Of a stretch of DNA of 20,000 nucleotides, positions 9,460 through 17,243 are shown one piece after another. Made by a program: the position numbers and the translations under genes. The notes beneath the pieces are model-generated. The model was not told where the DNA came from. It did not search any database and saw only the letters and a list, made by a program, of their open reading frames with translations. Source of the DNA: an uncultured virus (IMG/VR IMGVR_UViG_3300042526_000595) (lineage: Duplodnaviria > Heunggongvirae > Uroviricota > Caudoviricetes); the IMG/VR virus record IMGVR_UViG_3300042526_000595, positions 53,870 through 73,869 of that record; one strand, written 5' to 3'. The stretch's first letter is position 1. Each line of letters begins with the position of its first letter.

Positions 9460-9801
9460 ATGTTATACGCACAAATTACACCGGCAGCTGAAAAAACAAC
9501 ACAAGTAACCCCTTTCTCAGCAATTACTGAATCCGCAGACTTAATGTTTGCTGTGGCAAGACCATACACATTAGGAGCTTCAAGAGTTAACTTCCAAGTA
9601 ACTTTCGGAAATGGAACTATCGCCGACGGTTTAGTTTCTAACTTTCAAGAATTATTATCGTCAAATGTTACTCTAACGAGTGATGAACTTTCAAATTGGG
9701 GTACTGATGATTCCGTTGTATTAGGAACTATCGCAACCAAATTAGGAACAACATCTTTAGGTGTTTATACCTCAGCTCCACAACAAGGAAACAATTTTTA
9801 A
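9460..9801 (+). CDS. hypothetical protein (113 aa), possibly tail-fibre associated
   Basis: ORF with an A-rich leader; C-terminal LTSDELSNWGTDDSVV resembles small phage tail-region proteins (recognition by eye). Confidence 0.65.
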   Translation: MLYAQITPAAEKTTQVTPFSAITESADLMFAVARPYTLGASRVNFQVTFGNGTIADGLVSNFQELLSSNVTLTSDELSNWGTDDSVVLGTIATKLGTTSLGVYTSAPQQGNNF

Positions 9802-9841
9802 TTAAAAGTTTAATTTTTCTTTTTTATATCATTTTTATTAT

Positions 9842-9849
9842 TATCTTTG
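9842..9849 (+). promoter_or_regulatory. Bacteroidota-type -7 promoter element TAnnTTTG (TATCTTTG)
   Basis: Exact -7 consensus in the intergenic gap, 21 nt before the ATG at 9871; no exact TTTG -33 box. Confidence 0.55.
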
Positions 9850-9870
9850 TAGAATAATCTAAAAATAAAA

Positions 9871-10281
9871 ATGATGAAAATTTTAAGGAGATTAAGGAAA
9901 AAAATTAATTATAAGATTGTTAAATTCTTCAGAAATCTAACAAGTAATGATAGACCAATACTTGAGGATAATGAAAGAATATGTACATCTGTATGTAGAA
10001 AATTAATTAATCACCCAAATTCTAAATTTTTAATCGCCCCCCTTTCAATGAAGAGGTACATTAAGAATAGCGAATTAGAATTATTTATTGTTTTACAAGA
10101 TAGACAAATTAGTATCACTAACCATGTATATCATTATGATGTTGTTATTAGTAATAGAAATTGGGAAAGAGTTACAACTATGTACGATAATAAAACCGAG
10201 AAGATTAGACAAGAATTTGAAACTGAAATGAGTTCTCAAATAAAACATTCTTTATCAACAATACTGTCTAAATTAGATTAG
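9871..10281 (+). CDS. hypothetical basic protein (136 aa)
   Basis: ORF after a host-type promoter box and A-rich leader; ends in TAG. Confidence 0.75.
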   Translation: MMKILRRLRKKINYKIVKFFRNLTSNDRPILEDNERICTSVCRKLINHPNSKFLIAPLSMKRYIKNSELELFIVLQDRQISITNHVYHYDVVISNRNWERVTTMYDNKTEKIRQEFETEMSSQIKHSLSTILSKLD

Positions 10282-10308
10282 TGTTTTTCAGATAAAACCT
10301 TTTTAATT

Positions 10309-10345
10309 AAATCCCTTAACGATTCGTTTTGGGATTTTTTATTTT
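10309..10345 (+). terminator. possible intrinsic terminator between convergent genes
   Basis: AAATCCC-tt-AACGA-t-TCGTT-tt-GGGATTT imperfect hairpin followed by a T-rich tract. Confidence 0.4.
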
Positions 10346-11339
10346 AAAACATATCTTCTAATTTATCTAAATGTTTTTTAACAACATCTAAATCACTTAT
10401 GTCGGTATAAGTCATACCTTGTTTTTTTAATATTTGAACTTGGTTATGTAATTGTGTCATCATCTGTTTAACCATAGAAGACATCATAGGGTAGTTTGTA
10501 ATCATTTGGTCTAATTGATAATACTCATTAGGTAGTCCTAAACCTTTCCCAATTTTATTAACCCAATCTTTACCATAATTATCAGCATCCATTTCCATAT
10601 CCCAATAAATTTGGTAGAACTCTTCAAAGTCCTCAATATCCCCCATATAGGAATCTGCTAAACCAAAATCTATCATTTGTTGTTCGTGTTTTAATTCGTG
10701 AAATAAAACATAAACGAACCCCGCTAAATTAGGTATTGTATCCGGAGAACATAAAATAATTGAATCTCTTGTACGAACACCTCTATATCCTGTCTGACAT
10801 CCATTAATAACTTTTATGTTAAATCCTCGGTCTTGTATAAACTCCTTTACCTTATTAAACATAACATCAAGTTTATGATGATACTCTTGTGGTATCTTAC
10901 TTTTAAATTTGTTAATTACTCTATCGTAATTAGAGGGTGTTTTTAGACCGTTTGGGGTAATATCTTCTAAAATGGTGTCTTTGGTTATCTCAAACCATTC
11001 CGTTACAATAGGGACTATCTCCTTCTTCTTACCGGGGGTTTGATTAATATTATTTCCGTCCTCATCACTTGATGTTAACTCCGGATGTTTTTCCATATAC
11101 TTGGAAATTTTTTTAGATTTAGACTCAATCTTTTTGATTTGTTTTTTTGGTTCATCCATAGACCCATCATAACTATCGTACTCCAACATTGCGTCATCAT
11201 ATTTAGAAACAGGGATGTTAAACGGTTGCATATCAGATTTTTTAAATATTCTAATTCCCGGTTGCATTGGCCCAACATAAGAACCTCTTCCCCCACCATC
11301 ACTTGTTCCCTCGTTAATATGTATTTTATTATTTTTCAT
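10344..11339 (-). CDS. two-part protein: charged N-terminal region plus zincin-type metallopeptidase domain
   Basis: HELKH at aa 214-218 with downstream EMDA (aa 249-252), a gluzincin-like HExxH...E-x-x-A arrangement. Confidence 0.65.
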   Translation of the reverse strand: MKNNKIHINEGTSDGGGRGSYVGPMQPGIRIFKKSDMQPFNIPVSKYDDAMLEYDSYDGSMDEPKKQIKKIESKSKKISKYMEKHPELTSSDEDGNNINQTPGKKKEIVPIVTEWFEITKDTILEDITPNGLKTPSNYDRVINKFKSKIPQEYHHKLDVMFNKVKEFIQDRGFNIKVINGCQTGYRGVRTRDSIILCSPDTIPNLAGFVYVLFHELKHEQQMIDFGLADSYMGDIEDFEEFYQIYWDMEMDADNYGKDWVNKIGKGLGLPNEYYQLDQMITNYPMMSSMVKQMMTQLHNQVQILKKQGMTYTDISDLDVVKKHLDKLEDMF

Positions 11340-11347
11340 AGTATAAT

Positions 11348-11357
11348 TATAAATATC
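11348..11357 (-). promoter_or_regulatory. GATATTTATA putative late promoter motif
   Basis: On the minus strand, core ends 9 nt before the ATG at 11339, in the divergent gap. Confidence 0.55.
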
Positions 11358-11371
11358 TTATATAATTAAAT

Positions 11372-11605
11372 ATGGAACAACAACCTGAAATATTCGGAAA
11401 ACTATTTGAATCAATCCCCCTACACACTGAAGAGCACTTAGATATTCTTTTAGATACTATGGATAATGATAGAGCAAACTACTTTTTAATACAAGCCGTT
11501 AAATACGCCTTCCATTCTGGAATATACTCTTTGGGTGAAGCCGAAGTGATTTCTAAATCAATTAGGGTTTTATCTAAAAAAGAAAAAGAGACCGAAGTCT
11601 CTTAA
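11372..11605 (+). CDS. hypothetical protein (77 aa)
   Basis: Fills the gap between two minus-strand genes; stop overlaps the convergent stop by 4 nt; globular helical composition. Confidence 0.7.
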   Translation: MEQQPEIFGKLFESIPLHTEEHLDILLDTMDNDRANYFLIQAVKYAFHSGIYSLGEAEVISKSIRVLSKKEKETEVS

Positions 11606-12204
11606 TATTTTATTTTTTTTCTACAATTATCACACATCCATATTGATTCATTATCAATTGTTGAACCCTTCCCCTTCGCATCATTCATAACACACTTTTT
11701 ATTGTGATTACAGTGGGGGACACCTAAAGTATGTCCTATTTCGTGGATAACGACTTTTTCTAATTTACCGTAATAATTGGTTCTCATTCTTTTATTAGAA
11801 ACAACACAGGATTTAGTTCCTAATAACGAAAGACCTATTACCCCCCAATTTTTAAATGTTTTACCGTTTAATTGTCTGTTAGTACAAATATCTAATTGAG
11901 TTAATGCAACTACTTTACCATTAGTATTATTAAATTTAGTATTAAGTAGTTTCACTATTTTAACCGATGAATACTTTGATAATCCTTTTATTTTACATTC
12001 TACAGGTACATCAATTCTTGGTAGAATATTAACTTTACAGTTATAAAACTTTTTAAGATTGTTTTGAACAAATACTACATCATTCTTGGGAAAATCCCCA
12101 ATAACCACTATAGATATTTCTTTTGTTTTTGATGTTAATCCTACATAACTTGTTGAAGTTAATAGAATTATCAAGACAATGATTATTTTATATAAATTTT
12201 TCAT
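11602..12204 (-). CDS. archaemetzincin-like Zn metalloprotease (peptidase M54) with N-terminal signal/anchor
   Basis: HEIGHTLGVPHCNHNKKCVM...CDNC fits HExxHxxGxxHC-x5-CxM...CxxC; N-terminus MKNLYKIIIVLIILLTSTS is signal-peptide-like. Confidence 0.85.
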   Translation of the reverse strand: MKNLYKIIIVLIILLTSTSYVGLTSKTKEISIVVIGDFPKNDVVFVQNNLKKFYNCKVNILPRIDVPVECKIKGLSKYSSVKIVKLLNTKFNNTNGKVVALTQLDICTNRQLNGKTFKNWGVIGLSLLGTKSCVVSNKRMRTNYYGKLEKVVIHEIGHTLGVPHCNHNKKCVMNDAKGKGSTIDNESIWMCDNCRKKIKY

Positions 12205-12208
12205 ACCG

Positions 12209-12239
12209 CAAAGATACGAAATTTAATTAATTAACCAAA
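12209..12239 (-). promoter_or_regulatory. Bacteroidota housekeeping-sigma promoter TTTG-N19-TATCTTTG
   Basis: Minus strand TTTG at 12239-12236, 19-nt spacer, TATCTTTG at 12216-12209; exact match to the -33/-7 consensus. Confidence 0.75.
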
Positions 12240-12242
12240 AAA

Positions 12243-13469
12243 TTACGCAACTCCCGTATTGTTTTCTCCTATACTTTGAGCCAACATAATTGGGTCTACA
12301 CATTGTTGTCCATCTCCGTGTAATTTATCAAAAAATTCTGTAGAATTTTGAACTAAAAAACTACCTTTAGTTTCTCCCATAACAAAAAGTCTAGCATTTT
12401 GAGCCAATTTTTTAACATTAGGGTTATCAATAAATTTAGCGGGAACCCCAACACACCCAAAACTTTGATTTGCGTATGCTATAGATTTTGCCGAATCTAA
12501 ATATTCTTGGGGTACTTTCCCTGATGAAATTTGTTTTTTTAATAAAGATTCTAAATCCGCACTTGCAGTTAATCTATCCGGTAATCCAGCCGGTATTCCG
12601 TGAATTGCACCAACAATGTTTTTACCACCACTATCTTTTAAATGAAGAACATTTTTACCTTTTCCCACATAACCTTTATCACTACTTAAACTACTAATAC
12701 TATAAATCCCTTTAGGTAAAAATCTAGCAGCAATTTTAGTTAAACTTGAATAGATTGGTTCTGATGGTTTACCTGTTGTGGGGTCAGTACATTTATATGG
12801 TTCAGATAATAAAAACTTACCATCTTTTTTACTAACTTTACACCAATCCTCAATTGTAAACGGTTGAGCATCTTTTTGGACATCAGCACCGTCAACCACT
12901 GAAGTATAATCAACTAAAGTTGGTGGTGAAAACCAACCGGTGGATGGTGCAAATAAATAAATTAAATTTTCTTTAGGGTCATAAATAAAAAATGGTTTAT
13001 TATCCATATCTCTATCTACGATATATTTAAGTTCTTGGTCAATTCTTGGAGTGTAATTGTATTTAGAAATTTTTTTAATTTTTTCTTTTTTGGATTGTTC
13101 TGTGTTTTTAACTGTTGGGACAACTTTAGAGACCTTATTTTTTTTAGGTACATCAACGGTTGTTTTGGGGGAAGCACCATAAATTTTAGTTTTAATAGCT
13201 TCAACACCTTTAGGTGTCTTTACTTCAGTCCAATTGGGGTTTTTACCTGTATTTTTTTTTGCGTACCAAAATTTATCACTCCATTTCATATATTGATATG
13301 GGTCACCCTCTGGTCCTTGAACTATAGTGTCCTTTATAGGTGTGGTCATCCCTAATGGGTCGTTTAAATTAACACCCTGTTCTGATAAGTATTGTCTCTT
13401 TGTTGCACTCTCGTGAAGATTTAAAATCCTATCTTTTTCCTCTCCATCCAAGAAATATAAATTTTTCAT
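12243..13469 (-). CDS. L,D-transpeptidase (YkuD-like) catalytic domain protein with N-terminal leader and Lys-rich linker
   Basis: PFFIYDPKENLIYLF, LPKGIYSI, GAIHG and SFGCV occur in YkuD order, with the catalytic His and Cys retained. Confidence 0.7.
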   Translation of the reverse strand: MKNLYFLDGEEKDRILNLHESATKRQYLSEQGVNLNDPLGMTTPIKDTIVQGPEGDPYQYMKWSDKFWYAKKNTGKNPNWTEVKTPKGVEAIKTKIYGASPKTTVDVPKKNKVSKVVPTVKNTEQSKKEKIKKISKYNYTPRIDQELKYIVDRDMDNKPFFIYDPKENLIYLFAPSTGWFSPPTLVDYTSVVDGADVQKDAQPFTIEDWCKVSKKDGKFLLSEPYKCTDPTTGKPSEPIYSSLTKIAARFLPKGIYSISSLSSDKGYVGKGKNVLHLKDSGGKNIVGAIHGIPAGLPDRLTASADLESLLKKQISSGKVPQEYLDSAKSIAYANQSFGCVGVPAKFIDNPNVKKLAQNARLFVMGETKGSFLVQNSTEFFDKLHGDGQQCVDPIMLAQSIGENNTGVA

Positions 13470-13482
13470 AAAATTCTTTTAA

Positions 13483-13492
13483 TATAAATATC
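13483..13492 (-). promoter_or_regulatory. GATATTTATA putative late promoter motif
   Basis: Core ends 14 nt before the ATG at 13469. Confidence 0.6.
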
Positions 13493-13502
13493 CAATAATT
13501 TA

Positions 13503-15212
13503 TTATAATTCTAATCGATATTTAAATAACCCACAATCCCATATTTTGTCATAACCCAATTCAGATGTGAGTTCTTTTTCCGTTTTATTATAGTCTAAAT
13601 CCGGAAATCTTTTTTTAAGATTATTTTTACCAAATCCAAATTTATGAAATCTTTTGTATTTACTAATTTTTGAATTATAATAATAATAATTTGGTTTTGT
13701 TATTGATACTAAATTAAACCCCAAATTAGTATATAGATTATTTTCCGGATTAATTGTCCATCTTCTATCCGCAAAACTAATTATTGATGTTGGGTTATAC
13801 TCATTAATAAAATGTTTAATAAATTTAGAGGCTAACCCCCTAATTAAATAATTTTGTTTTGTTGCGTATCGACTTAATTCAAATTCACCGTCATTATTTT
13901 TAGTCATATTTCTACGACCATTAAATGTTATAACACCAACTAATTCATTATTATAATATGCCCCGTAATATATGTTTGACTTATCGGTGCCTTGTATATG
14001 ATTATTATTTAAAAAAAATGTTTTATCTTCTAAATTTATTTTTTTAATGACAACATTTCTACCACCAATTTTAACACCATCATTTACATTTAATAAATGT
14101 TTTAATTTTGATTTAACTAATTCGGTATTAATAACCCATTCATCCTCAAAAATATGTATTAATTTATATCCTATTTGATTACACTCTATTGTTTTATTTA
14201 GATGATATGATGAAGTTTTTCCCATTTTTTCTGTGTGATAATATAATCCATCATACTCAATACAAATATTGGTACCATCAACAATCAAATCAATTTCTTT
14301 ACCATCTAATAATTTACGATTTTTACCTTTATTAACCATAAATCCAACACTTTCGATAAACTCTTTAATCTCCGTCTCACCTTTTGATGTCCAAGTAGGT
14401 ATCATATTAATATTTGTTAGTTTCGCTAAATCACTTAAACATTCAGAAATAGATGTTGAAACTATTTTTTCATTAGGATATTTTAATTTATATTCTAATG
14501 TTGTGATATTATGTTTATTTTTTAAATGAGTGTTTGATATACTTTTCATTTTTTCACCACAAATTTTACAAATAACATAATTTTTACTTTTAGATAAAAA
14601 TTTGGTTAATTCTGTTTTTTTTATGTAATTTGGGTGATGTTTAATATCTTCAGGGAATTTTAATAAATAATCATCTAATGTTATTTTATGAGATTTACTT
14701 ATATGTGTCTCAAAACAACCTGTTTTATTTGAAGTGTCTTCTGTTACCCACTCACATAATTTACATTTTCTTGTAGGAGAATTTTCAATCTTAATTATGT
14801 TGAAATACTCCTCAAACCACTTTTTGTTGTTAATTAATTCGTATTTTTTTCTTTGGTAAGTATTGGATGGAATCCATACATCTCCATATAACTCAATAAT
14901 ATGTTTGGTTAATTTACCGGATAAATTATTGGGGTCTTTAATTACCATATTAGTTTTTTTACATTGAGCAATTAATTCGTGGGTATCTGAAGTTGTATAT
15001 AAGTTAGATTTTGTGGTTTCAATTTCAAAACTATTCCCCATTTGGGTTTGACCACCTTTTTTATTAATCACAATATTATTTTCCTTTAATATTTGACTAA
15101 TTTTTTTATGACCAACCTTAAATTTTTCGGCTAATTTATGAGTACTCGGAATTTCAGTTTGATATAATTCAATAATGTTAATTATAATTTCAGGTGTTAA
15201 TTTGGTTTTCAT
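13503..15212 (-). CDS. Hef-like free-standing homing endonuclease: HTH, C2H2 zinc fingers, Vsr/DUF559-type nuclease, C-terminal GNAT/Mom-like domain
   Basis: CKLC...HISKSH and CKIC...HLKNKH fingers; SKGE...EIDL...IEYDGLYYH...IHIFEDEW nuclease motifs; ELSRYA...GLASK...ISFADRRW...LYTNLGF C-terminal domain. Confidence 0.75.
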   Translation of the reverse strand: MKTKLTPEIIINIIELYQTEIPSTHKLAEKFKVGHKKISQILKENNIVINKKGGQTQMGNSFEIETTKSNLYTTSDTHELIAQCKKTNMVIKDPNNLSGKLTKHIIELYGDVWIPSNTYQRKKYELINNKKWFEEYFNIIKIENSPTRKCKLCEWVTEDTSNKTGCFETHISKSHKITLDDYLLKFPEDIKHHPNYIKKTELTKFLSKSKNYVICKICGEKMKSISNTHLKNKHNITTLEYKLKYPNEKIVSTSISECLSDLAKLTNINMIPTWTSKGETEIKEFIESVGFMVNKGKNRKLLDGKEIDLIVDGTNICIEYDGLYYHTEKMGKTSSYHLNKTIECNQIGYKLIHIFEDEWVINTELVKSKLKHLLNVNDGVKIGGRNVVIKKINLEDKTFFLNNNHIQGTDKSNIYYGAYYNNELVGVITFNGRRNMTKNNDGEFELSRYATKQNYLIRGLASKFIKHFINEYNPTSIISFADRRWTINPENNLYTNLGFNLVSITKPNYYYYNSKISKYKRFHKFGFGKNNLKKRFPDLDYNKTEKELTSELGYDKIWDCGLFKYRLEL

Positions 15213-15218
15213 AGTATC

Positions 15219-15258
15219 ATATTTATATAAATATAATAATAATTACTTAAAAGTCAAA
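15219..15258 (-). promoter_or_regulatory. composite promoter: TTTG-N19-TATATTTA overlapping ATATTTAT motif and a 16-bp palindrome
   Basis: Minus strand TTTG 15258-15255, TATATTTA 15235-15228; palindrome ATATTTATATAAATAT 15219-15234. Confidence 0.55.
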
Positions 15259-15293
15259 TTATAATCCATTTATTTTTAACCCATTCTATAAAT

Positions 15294-15322
15294 AAAAAAA
15301 GAGGACATATAGTCCTCTTTTT
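15294..15322 (-). terminator. intrinsic terminator downstream of the major capsid gene
   Basis: A7-GAGGAC-atata-GTCCTC-T5; gives a U7 tract on the minus strand, 23 nt after the capsid stop. Confidence 0.85.
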
Positions 15323-15345
15323 GTTAAATATAATAAGATTTTTGA

Positions 15346-17211
15346 TTATCTCAATTCTCTTAAGTCAAATGTTCTTACACCATCTACAGTGATACGTGCG
15401 TAAAAACGGTTATTTACCATTTTCTTCGCGTATCTCGTCATAATCCCTTTAATTGGTGTAAAATTAAATGGGTTATACATTGTAGGTGTTAATTGTAACG
15501 GTACGTATGGTGCGTAGATGTATCCTGTGTCTAACAATGATGTTCCTTTATGTCCAATTAACACTGTGTTAGCTGGGAAGTAAGGGTCACGGTAAACTTG
15601 GTAACGACCTGCTAATGTTCCAACTCTTTCAATACCCATGTTATATTGGTCTTGTTCAGGAGAAGCATTAGATACGTGGAAGTACTCTAAATCATCAAAG
15701 ATAGCAGAAACCTCAGAAGATACAACAATCCAGTTTGCTCCACCTCTTAAAGTAGATTTGTGGATTTGTGCAGACAATTGGTTGATTGCTGTAATTAATG
15801 TTTGGTTCCAATCTTTTTGAGTATAAGAAGTTGTCAAAGATAAACGTTTCCAACCATTGTAATCCCATCTCAAGTTCCAAGCAGCACCTTTACGTAAATC
15901 TCTTAAGATTTCACGGTCAATTTCAGCAGCAACTTGTTCAGATAATAAAGCTGTTAATTCAGCTTCAGCATCGATGTTGTGGAAAGCAGCAACGTCTTGA
16001 GCTAACTCAGGAGACCATTGTGCTCTTAATTTTCTTTCTGTAACAGTAACAGTAACTGAATCTAATTCGAAAGAAACCTCACCGATTTTATCTTCAAATT
16101 CTAATTCTTTATATCTTCTGAAAACAGCAGTAAAGTCATTATTTGCTAATGTTCCGATTGTTGTTCCTGTGTAACCGTCTAAAGAGTCAGCACCACATGA
16201 AATACATACAGGACAAGATAAATCAACTTCTAAGTAAATAGTACCTTCGATATCACAGATATCATTGTAGTTACCATTATTACCTTGAGAAGCCCAAGGA
16301 GCTTGTGATTGACCACCGTAAGATACGATACCTTTACCATATTGTTGAGTAACAACTCTAAACAATAAAGAATTAGGATTACCAGCCGCGTTAAATACTA
16401 CATCACAAGGAGAATCTCCTGACCAAGTACCGTCTGTTGCAGTACCGTTAGCGTAAATTTTCAAATCAGATAAGAAAGTTTCAGAATCATATTCGTTACC
16501 ATCAGGTCCGATTAATTTACCAGCACCAGTGTTAGCGAAATTTATCATTTTAACGATTACTTTTCTAACGTTAGAATCATTATATGCTCCATCAGCATCA
16601 ATTAATCCACCATTAGACCATTTTTGAACTAATGTTGTAGCAGTAACTGCAGACCATTGTCCTTTAGAATAATCAAACAATCCTGGAGGGTCTAATTGAC
16701 CTTCATTTCCTTCATAGAATAAATCATAAAGATTTTTCTTGTAAGCTCCTGCACTGTTTCCGTAACCAGAACCAACTTCAGTTGCGTTAGAGTTTGGTGC
16801 TCCGTATGGAGAATAATGCTCTCCTGATTCACCTGCATAACCATTTTCAGGTGTTTGTGCTGTTCCATTATCATACCCTTGAATTTTAGGTACAAAGAAG
16901 AATAATTTACCGATTGGTAAATTCATTGCTTGTACAGATACGATTTCATTCGCTAATAATTTAGAGAATACTCTTCTTACGATAGGGAATACAACAGTTT
17001 CGAATGAACCTGAAGACCCGTCAGAAGTAGCTTCGTTGATTAGGAAAGACGCTTGGTTCTCATATAATTGAGCTACGTTTTCTTTTAAGTGACCTTTAAG
17101 TCCTTCTAGGAATCCTAATTTATCCCATTTGTTAATTGTGTCTTCTTTAATAACTTTAAGGTGTTTTAACCCTATGTTACCAACTAGACCTGATTCTAAT
17201 AATGCTCCCAT
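15346..17211 (-). CDS. gp23: major capsid protein, T4 gp23 family
   Basis: PIVRRVF...VSVQAMNLPIG, RKLRAQWSPELAQD, EIDREIL, YIYAPYVPL, FTPIKGIMTRYA motifs; downstream of protease and scaffold. Confidence 0.96.
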   Translation of the reverse strand: MGALLESGLVGNIGLKHLKVIKEDTINKWDKLGFLEGLKGHLKENVAQLYENQASFLINEATSDGSSGSFETVVFPIVRRVFSKLLANEIVSVQAMNLPIGKLFFFVPKIQGYDNGTAQTPENGYAGESGEHYSPYGAPNSNATEVGSGYGNSAGAYKKNLYDLFYEGNEGQLDPPGLFDYSKGQWSAVTATTLVQKWSNGGLIDADGAYNDSNVRKVIVKMINFANTGAGKLIGPDGNEYDSETFLSDLKIYANGTATDGTWSGDSPCDVVFNAAGNPNSLLFRVVTQQYGKGIVSYGGQSQAPWASQGNNGNYNDICDIEGTIYLEVDLSCPVCISCGADSLDGYTGTTIGTLANNDFTAVFRRYKELEFEDKIGEVSFELDSVTVTVTERKLRAQWSPELAQDVAAFHNIDAEAELTALLSEQVAAEIDREILRDLRKGAAWNLRWDYNGWKRLSLTTSYTQKDWNQTLITAINQLSAQIHKSTLRGGANWIVVSSEVSAIFDDLEYFHVSNASPEQDQYNMGIERVGTLAGRYQVYRDPYFPANTVLIGHKGTSLLDTGYIYAPYVPLQLTPTMYNPFNFTPIKGIMTRYAKKMVNNRFYARITVDGVRTFDLRELR

Positions 17212-17243
17212 TTTTTTGGTTTTTATTAATTTTTAGTTTATTT

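Noticed and set aside
11348..11355. Canonical T4 late promoter TATAAATA driving the 77-aa gene
   Set aside because: Better explained as the reverse-strand GATATTTATA of the divergent gene, the orientation seen at all other sites; dual use cannot be excluded.
3565..16895. Other short nested or antisense ORFs in the track (e.g. 3565, 4705, 5296, 6425, 8777, 8815, 11075, 11085, 12488, 13016, 13035, 14269, 15638, 15798, 16692)
   Set aside because: They lie wholly or almost wholly within longer, better supported genes and show no motifs or upstream signals.
15346..17211. Intein or intron as the cause of the long capsid gene
   Set aside because: Frame is uninterrupted, and the insertion lacks C/S...HN splice junction motifs or endonuclease motifs.
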